A DNA stretch of 64,000 bases. Source: Paragordius varius (lineage: Eukaryota; Animalia; Nematomorpha). Under the pieces are notes generated by a model, which was not told the origin of the DNA, did no database searches, and saw only the letters and a program-made list of their open reading frames with translations. The stretch is taken from NCBI GenBank assembly GCA_964247055.1, contig OZ176051.1:3720001-3784000 (forward strand), read 5' to 3'. Positions 42,801 through 54,000 of this stretch are shown here, one piece after another. Position numbers and translations under genes: made by a program. Position 1 is the stretch's first letter, and every line of letters begins with the position of its first letter.

Positions 42801-42933
42801 ACCCAATTGTCAAGTTAACATAAGTGGGTCCACGTTGGTCACAATCAAAACATATTTTATTGGCAGGAAAAAAAGCTAACCGTTTAATCTGTGTATCTGA
42901 ACTCTCATTTGATTTTTTATCGAGTTTGGACAT
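32033..42933 (-). CDS. AGFG1: ArfGAP domain and FG/NPF-repeat protein (AGFG1/HRB/drongo orthologue)
   Basis: ArfGAP zinc finger ANKICFDCDQRGPTYVNLTIGSFICMKCSGI|RGLNPPHRVKSISMATFSQKE|YCQKIWLGL...KEFLIDKYEKKMWYVAPEE; long Ser/Asn-rich exons; C-terminus SPTNPFL-stop (TGA at 32033-32035). Confidence 0.93.
32262..32660. repeat. Diverged direct tandem duplication (two copies of about 190-200 bp) in the last AGFG1 intron
   Basis: GAGAGGTAAA...GATGGTGCATAAC...TAGTTTCCATTATATTATTTTACA...TTTTATCAAAAAATGAATAATAAA occurs twice in a row. Confidence 0.85.
33139..33365. mobile_element. Foldback-like MITE with about 21-bp subrepeats, copy 1
   Basis: TATACCATTTATACCTCAAATTCACCC pairs with GGGTAAATTTGAGGAGTAGATGGTATA; three AAATT(C/T)(A/G)CCCT units in the left arm. 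Confidence 0.65.
39562..39808. mobile_element. Foldback-like MITE, copy 2 of the same family
   Basis: TTCAAATTCACCCTTGA...TTCAAATTCACCCT...ATTATGTGTTTT is mirrored by AAACACATAAT...GGGTGAATTTGAA...TCAAGGGTGAATTTGAA. Confidence 0.65.
40290..40468. repeat. Long inverted repeat (about 72-bp arms, about 35-nt spacer), probably a TA-flanked MITE, in an AGFG1 intron
   Basis: TATGTATTTTAATGGTTGCTTATTT...GCAACACAGTAGTGTATGGAAAAAA versus TTTTTTCCATACACTACTGTGTTGC...AAATAAGCAACCATTAAAATGCATA. Confidence 0.8.
41557..41845. mobile_element. Tc1/mariner (pogo-like) MITE in an AGFG1 intron
   Basis: TA|CAGT...GAAATTATACGAACAAAACGTAAAAATATAAG...GACAACCATA mirrored at 41770-41845, ending CACTG|TA; arms about 80 bp. 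Confidence 0.75.
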
Positions 42934-44050
42934 ATTTATAAAATTTCATAAACTATGTAAAAGCGTAGATTTGGCCTAATTTCCGCAAACGGTATCAAGC
43001 GGCTTCAAACAAATTTATCGAGCCATATCTAACCACTAAACAAATAATCATACGAGTCGTGTACATAATCGTGCAATGATTGACTGATATTCGAATAATT
43101 TAATTTTAATAATTATTTCTAAAACAATTTCCAACATTATCATTATGAATTATTTAATAATTTAGTCTTTTTTATAGAATTTGTTTCATATTAAAAAATT
43201 ATTTTAGTACATATTATTATAATTTTTTTCGTTGATGGAATTCACTCTAACGTTTTTAATTAGAGCAAAAATCATCGGGATGGTGATGATCCAATAAACA
43301 AATATTACAAAAAACTTTATAATCTTTTTATTTTAGACAATTAAAGAGATTAGACTCGTAAATAAACTACTGTTTTAAATGTTGTTTTGGTTAAAACCTA
43401 ATTATCAAACCCTTTTCTTCTCTTTAAGACAAAAAAACCTATATATTACAGTTTATTGTCTTTTAGAGTATAAAATTCGGATAGCCCCACCACTAAAGCA
43501 TAGAGCCGATTCAAACCCAAAAAATTAAAAGTTTCCTATAATTGAAAACTTTTTAAACTTAATCTATATTTTGTTAAAAAATAAATTTTGCGAATTTCAC
43601 GCTTGAAAACGAATAAGGCTATTAATTGCAATGTGATATTATTACACATTTATGAAGGCCGACAGGTACCAAGCCTTTTTTATAGTAACCCCTTAATTTA
43701 GCCCCACACTTATAAAAGTAAGGTTTTATCAATAAGTGCTAGTAAACACGATTCCTGTAAAATGGGACCGCAGGTTTTATAAATAACTTTTTTAAGACCC
43801 TAAAACCTTTTGGGGTAGTTTTATATTTTATGGTGAGTATTTTTACTATATAAGGTATAAGCCAAATTTAAAAATTCTTTTTTAGGCATATTATGTAAAA
43901 AAAGTTTTTTAAATACTTTTTGTCGCTATTTTTACATAAAAAGTTAACACTTCGATTCAAATTAAGGTATCTAAGTACCCCAGACTATATTTAAGTTGTA
44001 ATTATAGAAACTACTGAAAACGGTCCCAATTTAAATTTATGCTTCTATCC

Positions 44051-46890
44051 CAGTGGGACTCAAACCACGGCCCGCGGGCCACATGCGACCCTATGAGCAC
44101 TTTAAAATTGCCCTATGACCATATTCATGCTTATTTTTTTATTGGTAAATTATTAAAATACTCATAAACGAATTTTAGCTTATTTTAATATTAATTTATT
44201 TTCTTTGGATTTAATTTTGGTAATTTTTATTATTACCCAATTCGATATGTAGAAAAATTTCCCTACATTATAATGATTTGAAAATTTTGGCACACGTTGT
44301 TTCTCTTTCTGTACTATATTTTCTTTTCTATTTTGAAATTTTTATTCCATTCCTTTTTATATTTATAAAAGCCTTTCACCCAAATAGCCATATACATATT
44401 CTTTTCATTGCTATCCTGCATCCTTTTTTGTAACTCATTCCCATAAAATATTTTTCCAATACACATTTCGACCTGTTTTTTTATAGCATAATTCAAATTA
44501 TATTCCTATTTTTTGAGAAAATTACAATATTTAAACATAAATTCAAAAGATAACATCTAATACTAAAAAACGTAAATTATCCGATGAAATCGCTTTTTTA
44601 AAAAAGAATGGGAAGAAAAATTCTTTTCCTTTTTAAATGTTGTTAGGTGCCTTATATGCAGGGACACATAATTATAAAAAATACTAATTAAAAGACATTT
44701 TATCCATAGTTCTCATATATTACCAGAAAATCATGAGAAAAGAAACGAAAAATATAAAAAGTTTAAGGAATTATACCAAAAAAAAATTTATAATGTCCAT
44801 AGCTTTCTCCCAGGAAAAAGCCGTAATATTATCGTAGGAATTTTGATATATTTTAGTAAAATTTATGATTTACTGATTCCCAACTACTAATACAATGTTT
44901 TTTAAATGGTTGCACTTTTTTATTTGATAAATTCCATAATAAAAATCAAATCATGAGTCAAATTAACACTTGATACAACACATTCATTTTAGTTTTTCGA
45001 TTCGATTGGGGTAGTTGGATTCCCGAGGCCTGTAAGTAAAAATTTAGTCAACGTGGCATGTGTTCAATGGTAAAATTGAAAAATAATACAAAATAAACCG
45101 CTTTTTCTATTTCTACCAATGCTAGTTGTAATTTTAATAAAAAATAACCTAAATTTTACCCTTAATATAAAAAGACGATATTTTGCAATTTTCTGTAAAA
45201 ATGGTGTCGAACTAGTACTAGTTTAACATATAGAACTTTTTTTTCAAAACGAAATTTTGCCTAGATATTTTGGCCTATTTATATAATTTTTAGGATAGAA
45301 GCATAAATTTAAATTAAGACAATTTCTTTCAGTAGTTTTTCAAAAATAATAATTTAAATTTAGTCTGGGGTATTTAGATACCCCATTGAATCAAAGTGTT
45401 AAAAAACTTTAACTTTCTGATTCAACATGTGCTCGAGGCATTGAAGATATGTCTTAATATATTTTTAACAATACATTATTGGCTCTGAAAAACTGCAAAT
45501 ATTTTAGTATTATTATTCCATCACTGATATTAGTTCTACACCTCAATGTGCGCTCTTAGATTTTGCAACGATACAACATAATCAACCAGGAATATTTGAA
45601 ATTTTACTTAAATAATACCACAAGTGGTTTTCTCGAAATAATTAGCAATTTTTCAATAATAATAATGGTATATCTATGAAAAAATTGGTTTCGATTTGCA
45701 CAGATAGTTTTCCCTCTATTATTGTAATAAACAAAGTCTCTTTAGAAAAAACAAATATAATTTGCAAAATATTTTATCCTTTCACTGCTTTATTCATCAG
45801 CAAAACTTGGCCCAAAAGATAAATCACTCAATTCAGTAATTAAAACAGTTGTGGATATAGTTAACCACATCCGTGGCAGAGAATTCAACCGCAGTAAATT
45901 CAAAAACCTTCCGAAAGTTATCATAGTGAATGTGATAATATTTTTAGTACACCGATGTGAGATGGCTAAGCCTTAGCAAATTAAATAGATTTTTGAAGTG
46001 ATGAAGTTTTCTTATAAAAGATAACAGATAGTTTGACCAGGAAATTCATAGCGACAAATGGTGGGATTTATCAGCCTACCTTTGCAATATTACTTATAAA
46101 TTAGTTTTTTTAATACAAATCTTTAAGGGAGCAAAATAATACCCCAATTTGCTAATCAAATATTTGTTTTTGAAGAAAAATTTATAATATATAAACAAGA
46201 TTTTATAAACAAAACCGTCCTATATTTTCCAGCACTTAAAACATGAAGAATATAGGGAATTTATCGTGGAGATTAATTTAAATATAGGCAATCATTTAAC
46301 GTTATTATCTAATGAGATGAAATTGCTCAAAACTCGTTGAAAATCCATGAAATAGGAGATATCCAGTATCAAGCAAATTGAGCATTCGATTTTGATGAGG
46401 CGCATATCATTGAATTCGTATATTTTAAAAATGATTTCAATTTGGAGATATTAAAGGATTGTAGAAAAGAAAGATATGTAGAGTTTTGGCAATGCCAAAT
46501 AAATATGAAAATATAAAAAAATGTGTTCCAGTTATCCTATCTGTTTTTCTCTCAACTTTACGAAACGGCATATTCAAAAATGAAGTATGTCAAGAATACA
46601 GACAGAAATCGCTAACCGATGATCTATGGACGACGTATTAAGATTGGCCTGTAATGCGGCGAAACCAAATTTGATAAAAATTATTGGTTTATATCAAAAT
46701 AAATGTTGTAACAAAATATTTAAATTTTATAATCTAAATGGTGCAAAATGAGTTTTTAACTGGAGTTACATGCGATCCGGAAAAATTCATTGTGCTGATT
46801 TAGAGTATAAATATGTGCATATGCGAATAAGGTTCATGTCCCTCGAAAAAAATATATTTTATTTGGCCCGTCAAATTTTGGTGACCACTG
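44051..46890 (+). mobile_element. hAT (Charlie/Buster/SPIN-like) transposon, 2840 bp, with a degenerate transposase
   Basis: Perfect 8-bp TSD TTCTATCC (44043-44050 and 46891-46898); TIRs CAGTGGGACTCAAA / TTTTGGTGACCACTG; broken remnants KRKLSDE..EWEEKFF..CLIC, KLVSICTD, FHCFIHQQNL, VRWLS, ETAYSKMKYVK. Confidence 0.88.
44967..45398 (-). mobile_element. TTAA-flanked MITE (same family) nested in the hAT transposase
   Basis: TTAA|CACTTGATAC ... TCAAAGTG|TTAA; reverse orientation relative to the other copies. Confidence 0.82.
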
Positions 46891-47988
46891 TTCTATCCTA
46901 ATAAAAATTTTACAAACAAGCCGAAATATCTACATAAAATTTGGTTTTAAAAAATGCTCGATATAAAACTACTTTGACGCCATTTTTATTTTACAACATT
47001 TTTGCAAAATATCGTGTTTATTTGATTTTAAAGGTGAAATGAAACCTAATTTTTCATTTAAATCACATCTAACATTGTTAGAAACAGAAAAATTAGTTTA
47101 TTTTGTATAATTTTTAAATTTAGCTAATGCAAACATGTCATTTTGACTAATTTACTTTGAGGTTTCATCTAAAAATAAGTAATATCAAATATTTTCGATG
47201 AAATTTTTTATATATTTCGGTTCATTAATGTTATAAATGTGCAAATTTTTGCCATAGTTTCAATTCATATTTTTTGAATGATTTAATTTAATCAGGCTTG
47301 GGGTATCCAACTACCCCAATTTTTATCGAAAAACTGAAATGAATGTGTATCCAAGTGTTTATACAATAGCCAAATGAATGTATGTTATGGTATAAAAATC
47401 TTAACTATTAACTTTAACTTTCAGGCGACATTTTACCATCAATAATTTGATAAATATTTATTTTAATAATTGCTCGTTTCATTCTTATCTGTCCCAATTT
47501 TAGACTCCACATAGTGTCCACAATAACTACCCTGTTAAAATATATATTCACATAGGAAAACATATCAATTTTATCATGGTGCTTTCGATTTGGTCCTAAT
47601 GATTAATTTACGAAAGTTATTGACATTTTTGTGGTAATTTTTTAATATCAGAAAATATCAAAATTTGCGCACATTTAATATTTTTTTTAGTTATACATAC
47701 AAAAAAATAACACCAAAATCAAGATTAATATGTAATTATTAATTTTAACATATTTTTAAGGATCAATGTTTTTGCGGTTTACGGAATTGATAAATTTATC
47801 ACATTTTTGTATGCATTGTTCTTAAATATTAGCGGAGTATTTTCAAATATATCCTTTTTATCCACCCTATTTGGATAGGTTAATTCAAAAATAATCAAAT
47901 TAACACTTTACCATTAACAGAGATTTTACATATACAATCTAAATTATATACATAAATAGTTCTAAAATAATTTTATCCATTTTTTTAC

Positions 47989-48541
47989 CACTTCGATTTA
48001 AATTGGGGTCTAAATACCCCAAACTTAATTTAAATTAATATTTAAAAAACTACTGAAGGAAACTGTCACAATATATATTTATGCACTAATAAAAATTATG
48101 TTAAAAAGCCAAGATATTTAATTAAAATTTCGTTTTGAAAAAAGTTCCATGTCAAACTACTTCGACACAATTTTTATTTTACAAAATTTTTGCAAAAATC
48201 GTGTTCAGTTAATTTTAAAGGTAATAAAACTATTTTTTTATTTAAATCATATCTAACATTGTTAAAAGTAGAAAAAGTGGTGTATTTTGTATTATTTCCA
48301 ATTTAGCGAATGCACGCATGTTAGATTGACTAATGTTTTACCTTTGGGATTTACATTAAAATAAGTATTATCAAGTATTTTTGAATAATTTTTTATATCA
48401 GTTTATTAATGATATATAAGTGTAAACTTTTGCCAAGGTTTTCCTTCCTTCCATATTTTTTAAAATATTAAATTACGCCAGGGGTATCCAACTACCCCAA
48501 ATTTGATCGAAGTACTGAGATGAATTTAATGTATCCAAGTG
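47989..48541 (+). mobile_element. TTAA-flanked MITE copy
   Basis: CACTTCGATTTAAATTGGGGTCTAAATACCCC ... GGGGTATCCAACTACCCC...TATCCAAGTG|TTAA. Confidence 0.8.
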
Positions 48542-49169
48542 TTAAGATATATATAGGAATTTGTGAATTTTTTAGAGATTAATTTAGAAAAGCAAAAAAT
48601 TTGGAATTTTTAACCCCCACATAAAAGTTATTATTTAAATTATGTTTTACTTTTTTGGTAGTTTATGATTTAAGTCTAACTTTTTGAAATGAAGCTGAAA
48701 TTTCCCCAAAAAATTTATTTAAAATATGTGGGCAAACCATTTCCTTATATAGACCACTTACCACAAATTTTTAAATGACTTTCTTATAACACTCATAAGG
48801 GCCAAAAAAACATCATGATAATTATGATTATATATTTATTTGAACAGGCAATTTATTGCGTTGTGTAAATATTAATACTTGATATGAGACATTCTGAAAA
48901 CTTTTTAATCTTATATTGAATTGGATTCTTTGGGAAACCACATCTAAAATTTTAAATTAAGTGTAGATATATAATAACTTGTGCACTTTTTATATTTTTC
49001 GTTATCTGCTATGTTGCAAAGCGGAATTCTTAAAATAACAGCTCTAACCCAAAATCATAACACCATAATTATCTATATAGGTGCACATATTTTAAAATAT
49101 TTCTCCGTTTCCCCAAACCTCCTTGTAATAAAATAATTTGCAATTTAACATTTGTTGACCCTTTCGTAT

Positions 49170-50824
49170 ATGCCAAGACCTATGGCTGACACAAGATTAT
49201 TTATTGGTGACGTTAAAACTTCCACAAAAGAGCAATTAGAACACGCTTTTGCACCGTTTGGTGAATTAAAAGAAGTTTGGATAGCTCGCGATCCAGCTGG
49301 ATTTGCTTTTGTTGAATATTATGATAAAGAATCAGCTATTGAAGCTCTAAGAACCATGAATCACAAAACAATTGGTCAAGACGTTATACGTGTAGAAATG
49401 TCGAAGGTTCGTAAGAAAGATAACAGCTCAGGAAATTCGCGTTTAAGTGAAAGAAATGGTGGAGGTGGTTCTCGCTCACAACGAGGCGGACGTGGAGGCC
49501 CTCCACGCGAAAAATATCCTCCGAGACGTATGCCTCCACCCCCTTCTCATCACGATTATGATCCATATGAACCTGCTGGTCGAAGAGGTCCCCCGCCATC
49601 TTTCTATGGAGGTGGCCCACCACCACCACCTAGCTATCGAGGCAATGGTGGACCTCCACCGCAACGCGGTGGTGGTGCAGGATATGATTATGGTGGACCA
49701 CCGGCTCCTCTTTCATCCCCATATGATCATCCGCCTCATCATTCATCGCATTATCCCCCGTATGAATATGCGCCGCCTCCTTATTCCCATCATCCCTCAG
49801 AATATCATGTGGGTCTAGGTGGGAGAAATCCTCCTGCAAACGGCAGTAGCGGTCCACCTCCTTCAGCTTATAGTCGAGGGGAGAGTCGTTATGATCCCTA
49901 TCATCACCCACCTCCAATGTCGTCTGCGGCTCGGGCGCCTCCGTCAGGTATTATGATTTATATTACAAATTTGGATAAATTTATTAGTCCAATGTTAGTT
50001 TTTAAAGTAAATTGTTTTTGGACACACAGCTTTTGATAATTAAATTTTTATACACTATTTTAACAACCGCGCTTTTTATACGCACACAAAATATATGTGT
50101 ACAACAAAAACGCTTTATAGTCGGTCGTAGAACTGCATCGGGGTCCACGCCAACCGATCATCATCGTAATAACCCGGCGGATCATTATTATGCTTATGGG
50201 GGTGCTGAACCACGAGAAAGGTATCATCCACCTCACGTAGAACATCGTAGACCTCCTCCATCTCACCCTTTGTATGAGGACCAAAGGGGCGGTCCACCAC
50301 CACCCCCTTTAAACGGGTTCGAACATCCTTATGGATCTTTACCTCCATCGCATTTCAGTGGCCGTAGGTAGAAAAACAGCTTTGCTGTATATTTTAACTC
50401 AAAAAATATTTTAGCCAGTATTATTTTATATCTAAACTGTTTTCCCGACCTAAAATTATTGATTTACAAAAATAGTTTAAAAACTTTTAAATATTATGTG
50501 ATTGGTTTACTTTATTAGACCTGCATAGTTTTATATATTAACCGTTTTTTTAATAACAATAAAAATTTAATTAATTTAACTAAACCTCCAAGTATCAGTT
50601 AATTACCTAATTTTTAAATCATTTTTGACCTAAAATTGACGATTTAAGCTAAACTTCTTACCCTAATAATTGATTAACTTTCGTCATACGATATGTGATT
50701 AATACGATACAATAGATCGCCGCCATTACGAGATTATCCGCCTCGCGAACCGTATGGATCTCGATATCCGCCTGCAGGGCCACCTATTGGCGGTCGAAGA
50801 ATTAGTCCACCGAGACGCTTTTAA
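49170..50824 (+). CDS. SRSF3/SRSF7/Rbp1-like RRM protein with a Pro/Gly/Tyr/His-rich tail; 3 exons (49170-49947, 50121-50367, 50716-50824)
   Basis: RRM with RLFIGDV (RNP2) and VWIARDPAGFAFVEY (SRSF3-type RNP1). GT-AG junctions keep the frame to RRISPPRRF-TAA. Confidence 0.85.
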
Positions 50825-51082
50825 TTTACACTAAGATTTTTTTTCCTCCAAATCATGCATTATAAATAACATTAGCTTGAAATTTGTTTGTTATTTAATC
50901 ATCGTATACACGTTATATTAATTGATTTTATATTATAATCATATAACTAGCTAGATAAACCATTTATTCATATGTATATATATATATATATACATTCGTT
51001 CCAATTATAATTTTTACATCATACATAGTAATAATAAAAAAGGTGGTTTAAATCAATAATTTGTCCCCTTCCCTGTGTGCTA

Positions 51083-54000
51083 CTATTCTTCGTCGCCCTG
51101 TTCTTCCCTCGATATCATTAAGAAATGATCTTTATCATCTATCACACCATTGTCACGTTCCATACTAATATTATTGCGTTCATACTCGCTATCCGCTGTC
51201 GTCGTTTCCATGACAACCTTCGTAAATAATGATTCCAGTTCAGTTAGCTCTCTTTCTAAATCCTCTTCACCCAAAGATGCGTAATCAGGACGGGTGGCCG
51301 CTTTGTATTCCTCAATGAGTTCATACACCACGGTTCGCGAATCATCGAGTTCATGTAGATCGTTGGCAAATATTTCTTCTTTGCGAAACATGTCGAGAAA
51401 GGCTTCTCGTTTCCGCAATTTATCATATTGTTTGAGTGTTTGATCAAAAAGCTAATTTGTAAGAGAGAGAGAGATTAAATTTGATGATAAAAATTAAAAA
51501 GTGTGCTAAAACATACTGAAACAACATTGGTGTGATTAGCTAACATCAAACCACTAATTTTATTAGTTTTATCAATGTACGGTGATTTTCGCGATAAAGC
51601 CACTTGAATTGACGACGGGCACCATGGGACAAATTTTACTGGGTGGCGTTCATTTATACGCTGTAAACTTTTATGAACCTAAATTATCACATATAATATA
51701 GCCCCCCAAAAAAATAAAAAAAATAATATTCATGGTTTAGTCGTTTTAAAAAAACAGCCCACTCAAACTTAATAATCGTTTTTAATTTTTAGATGCGTAT
51801 ATCATATTAAGTTGCCCACTTATTTTACTAGTCCTTAATATCGTGTAGACCCAGATATATTGAAGCCCCGTTAAAATAATGTAATTACTTGGCAACGATC
51901 GAAAAAATACAAGGGTTCAGAATTATAAAAATACAGAATGCAAAAAACCAAAATACATAAAATAATTGTTTTTAAAGAAGTTACATTTTTTCAAGCTGCC
52001 CTATTTCATTAACACATTTTGATGGTTAAAAATTTTAAATGTATTTCGTATTAATTTTTGTTAGTCATTAATTAATAATAACCATTTATTTAAATAGTAA
52101 ATACCTTAAACATTGGGTTTTATTGGTAATTCAGATATCGTTAAGAAATTTTCTGCTCTGAATACCTAACTTAATCCTCAATTATATATGTATTCAATCA
52201 ATAAATTGACTTTGTATATATCGCGCTTATTATCATTTTAGCTTTTAAAAGTTTAATCCTTAAGAAGTTATGTATCATTCCACATTATACCTCCGTAGAA
52301 TCGATATCTCCCTGTATGATATTGAGAATTGACAGGTAACAATGTTCCAACGTTTTATCATGATTCATGGAGACCATCATATTTTTTGGCTGGAGTAATC
52401 GTCTCATCACATCTAAAACGGTCGTTTTTCGCACGTGAGAATGAATACTCGCTGATGATGATTGCATATTACTGAAACTTTTTAGTGATTGATTACTTGC
52501 AGAGTTTGATATCCCCTGCAAATGTTATAAAAGACAATCGAATAGTTCCTGAAAAATAAATCATAAATTTTGAAAAAACACATACGTCCATAGAACCCAT
52601 TCCGCTTTTCACACCATCAGTTAAAGGAGAAAGTAACACTTTTCGCTGATCTTCGAAAACTGGGAGCGGCGTATAACCAGTCATAAGATAATGCAATCTG
52701 TCAAATGTAATTATATAAATATTGTAGACTAAGTTTAAAAAGGTGTTAATTCAAAAAAAATCGATTTGAAAAATATGTGTCTATTCAAAAAATCCATTTT
52801 AACTCCACATATGATCCCGAGAATATTAATTATTGCTATAATGGTTGTATAGGTTTTTAAATTTGAGGGCTAAAACACATTATATAATTTAAGTAAGAAA
52901 AAAATTAAAAAATCATTAATGCGTGCATATGCATGTGTTTCCTTATTAACAAATTTGAAAAAACCCATATAACTAATAAAATTGCTGTTTGATTAAACAA
53001 ACGTAACACATGAATCAAACATTAAAATTGTCAAAGTTGCATTTTCTAATTATATCTTTTATTTGGAATTGATTTAAAAAATTAAGTTATATTTTTTTAT
53101 TAAATATTTTCTCCTAATTTCGCACCAAGCTTTTTTCTAAAGGGGTATTTTGCTTAAAATATAGTAAAAACTCATTTTGTGATAACGAGACCGCACAAAA
53201 GAGGTGTAAAATTTTAGTAATATCGCAAATTATTATTGGTTGACATAGAACAAAATTTTTTGTGATATCATCACTTTTAGTTCCTCAATTAGAAACATAT
53301 ATGAAAGTATAAAAATCTTTGCCGATTTCTTCGCAAATAGCATTGGAATAAACTTATTTTTCGCAAAAAGACATTTAAAATTGTCCGCACAAAAAACGTT
53401 TATATTTTTACCTTGGTGTAGGTATTAAGCTAGCTAAAATGCCAGCCAAATCATTATGCATATAACCAGGGTATCGTAATGTTGCAGTGCTTGATGCCAT
53501 GATTGTTGAAACAAATAAATTGATTTGTGGAAATGATACTTTGTTTAATTTCATTCGCTCCGTAGCTATGCGATTAAGGGCGGTATTATCCAAAACAATC
53601 TAGATATTTATCATATAACCAATAAAGAATTTGTTGATATTGCAAAATGTAAATGAAACAAATTGGTGTAATATCACAGTAGTATCTGGTTGTTTATAAA
53701 AAAATGAGTAAAAGCTTTGAAAGAGACACTCAATATTTTGAGACGATTAAATTGAATAATATATAATAAACAAATTATAATTTTGTACCACAGCGTCCGT
53801 ATTTTCTGTCAATCTTTTGAGCGTTAAAATTGAATTGTAGGGTTGGACAACCACATCGCTAACTTCATCTTGGTTAGGAAACACGGAATATGTTTGTAAT
53901 AATTTTTTGGGGAATCTTTAGGGAAATAAAAAAATTTAGTTTTTTCTCAAAAAAATGATTATGATGCCATGTGTTTTATATATAAAAATTAAAAAGTAAT

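Larger units (their letters stand above)
43948..47357 (+). mobile_element. TTAA-flanked (piggyBac-like) MITE of about 560 bp, split by a hAT insertion
   Basis: TTAA|CACTTCGATTCAAATT start and ...TATCCAAGTG|TTTA end. The two halves rejoin at TTCTATCC to match the intact copy at 59980-60528. Confidence 0.8.

Noticed and set aside
49384-50348. Several overlapping antisense and alternate-frame ORFs across the SR-like gene
   Set aside because: Expected by-product of GC-rich Pro/Gly codons; no independent coding signal.
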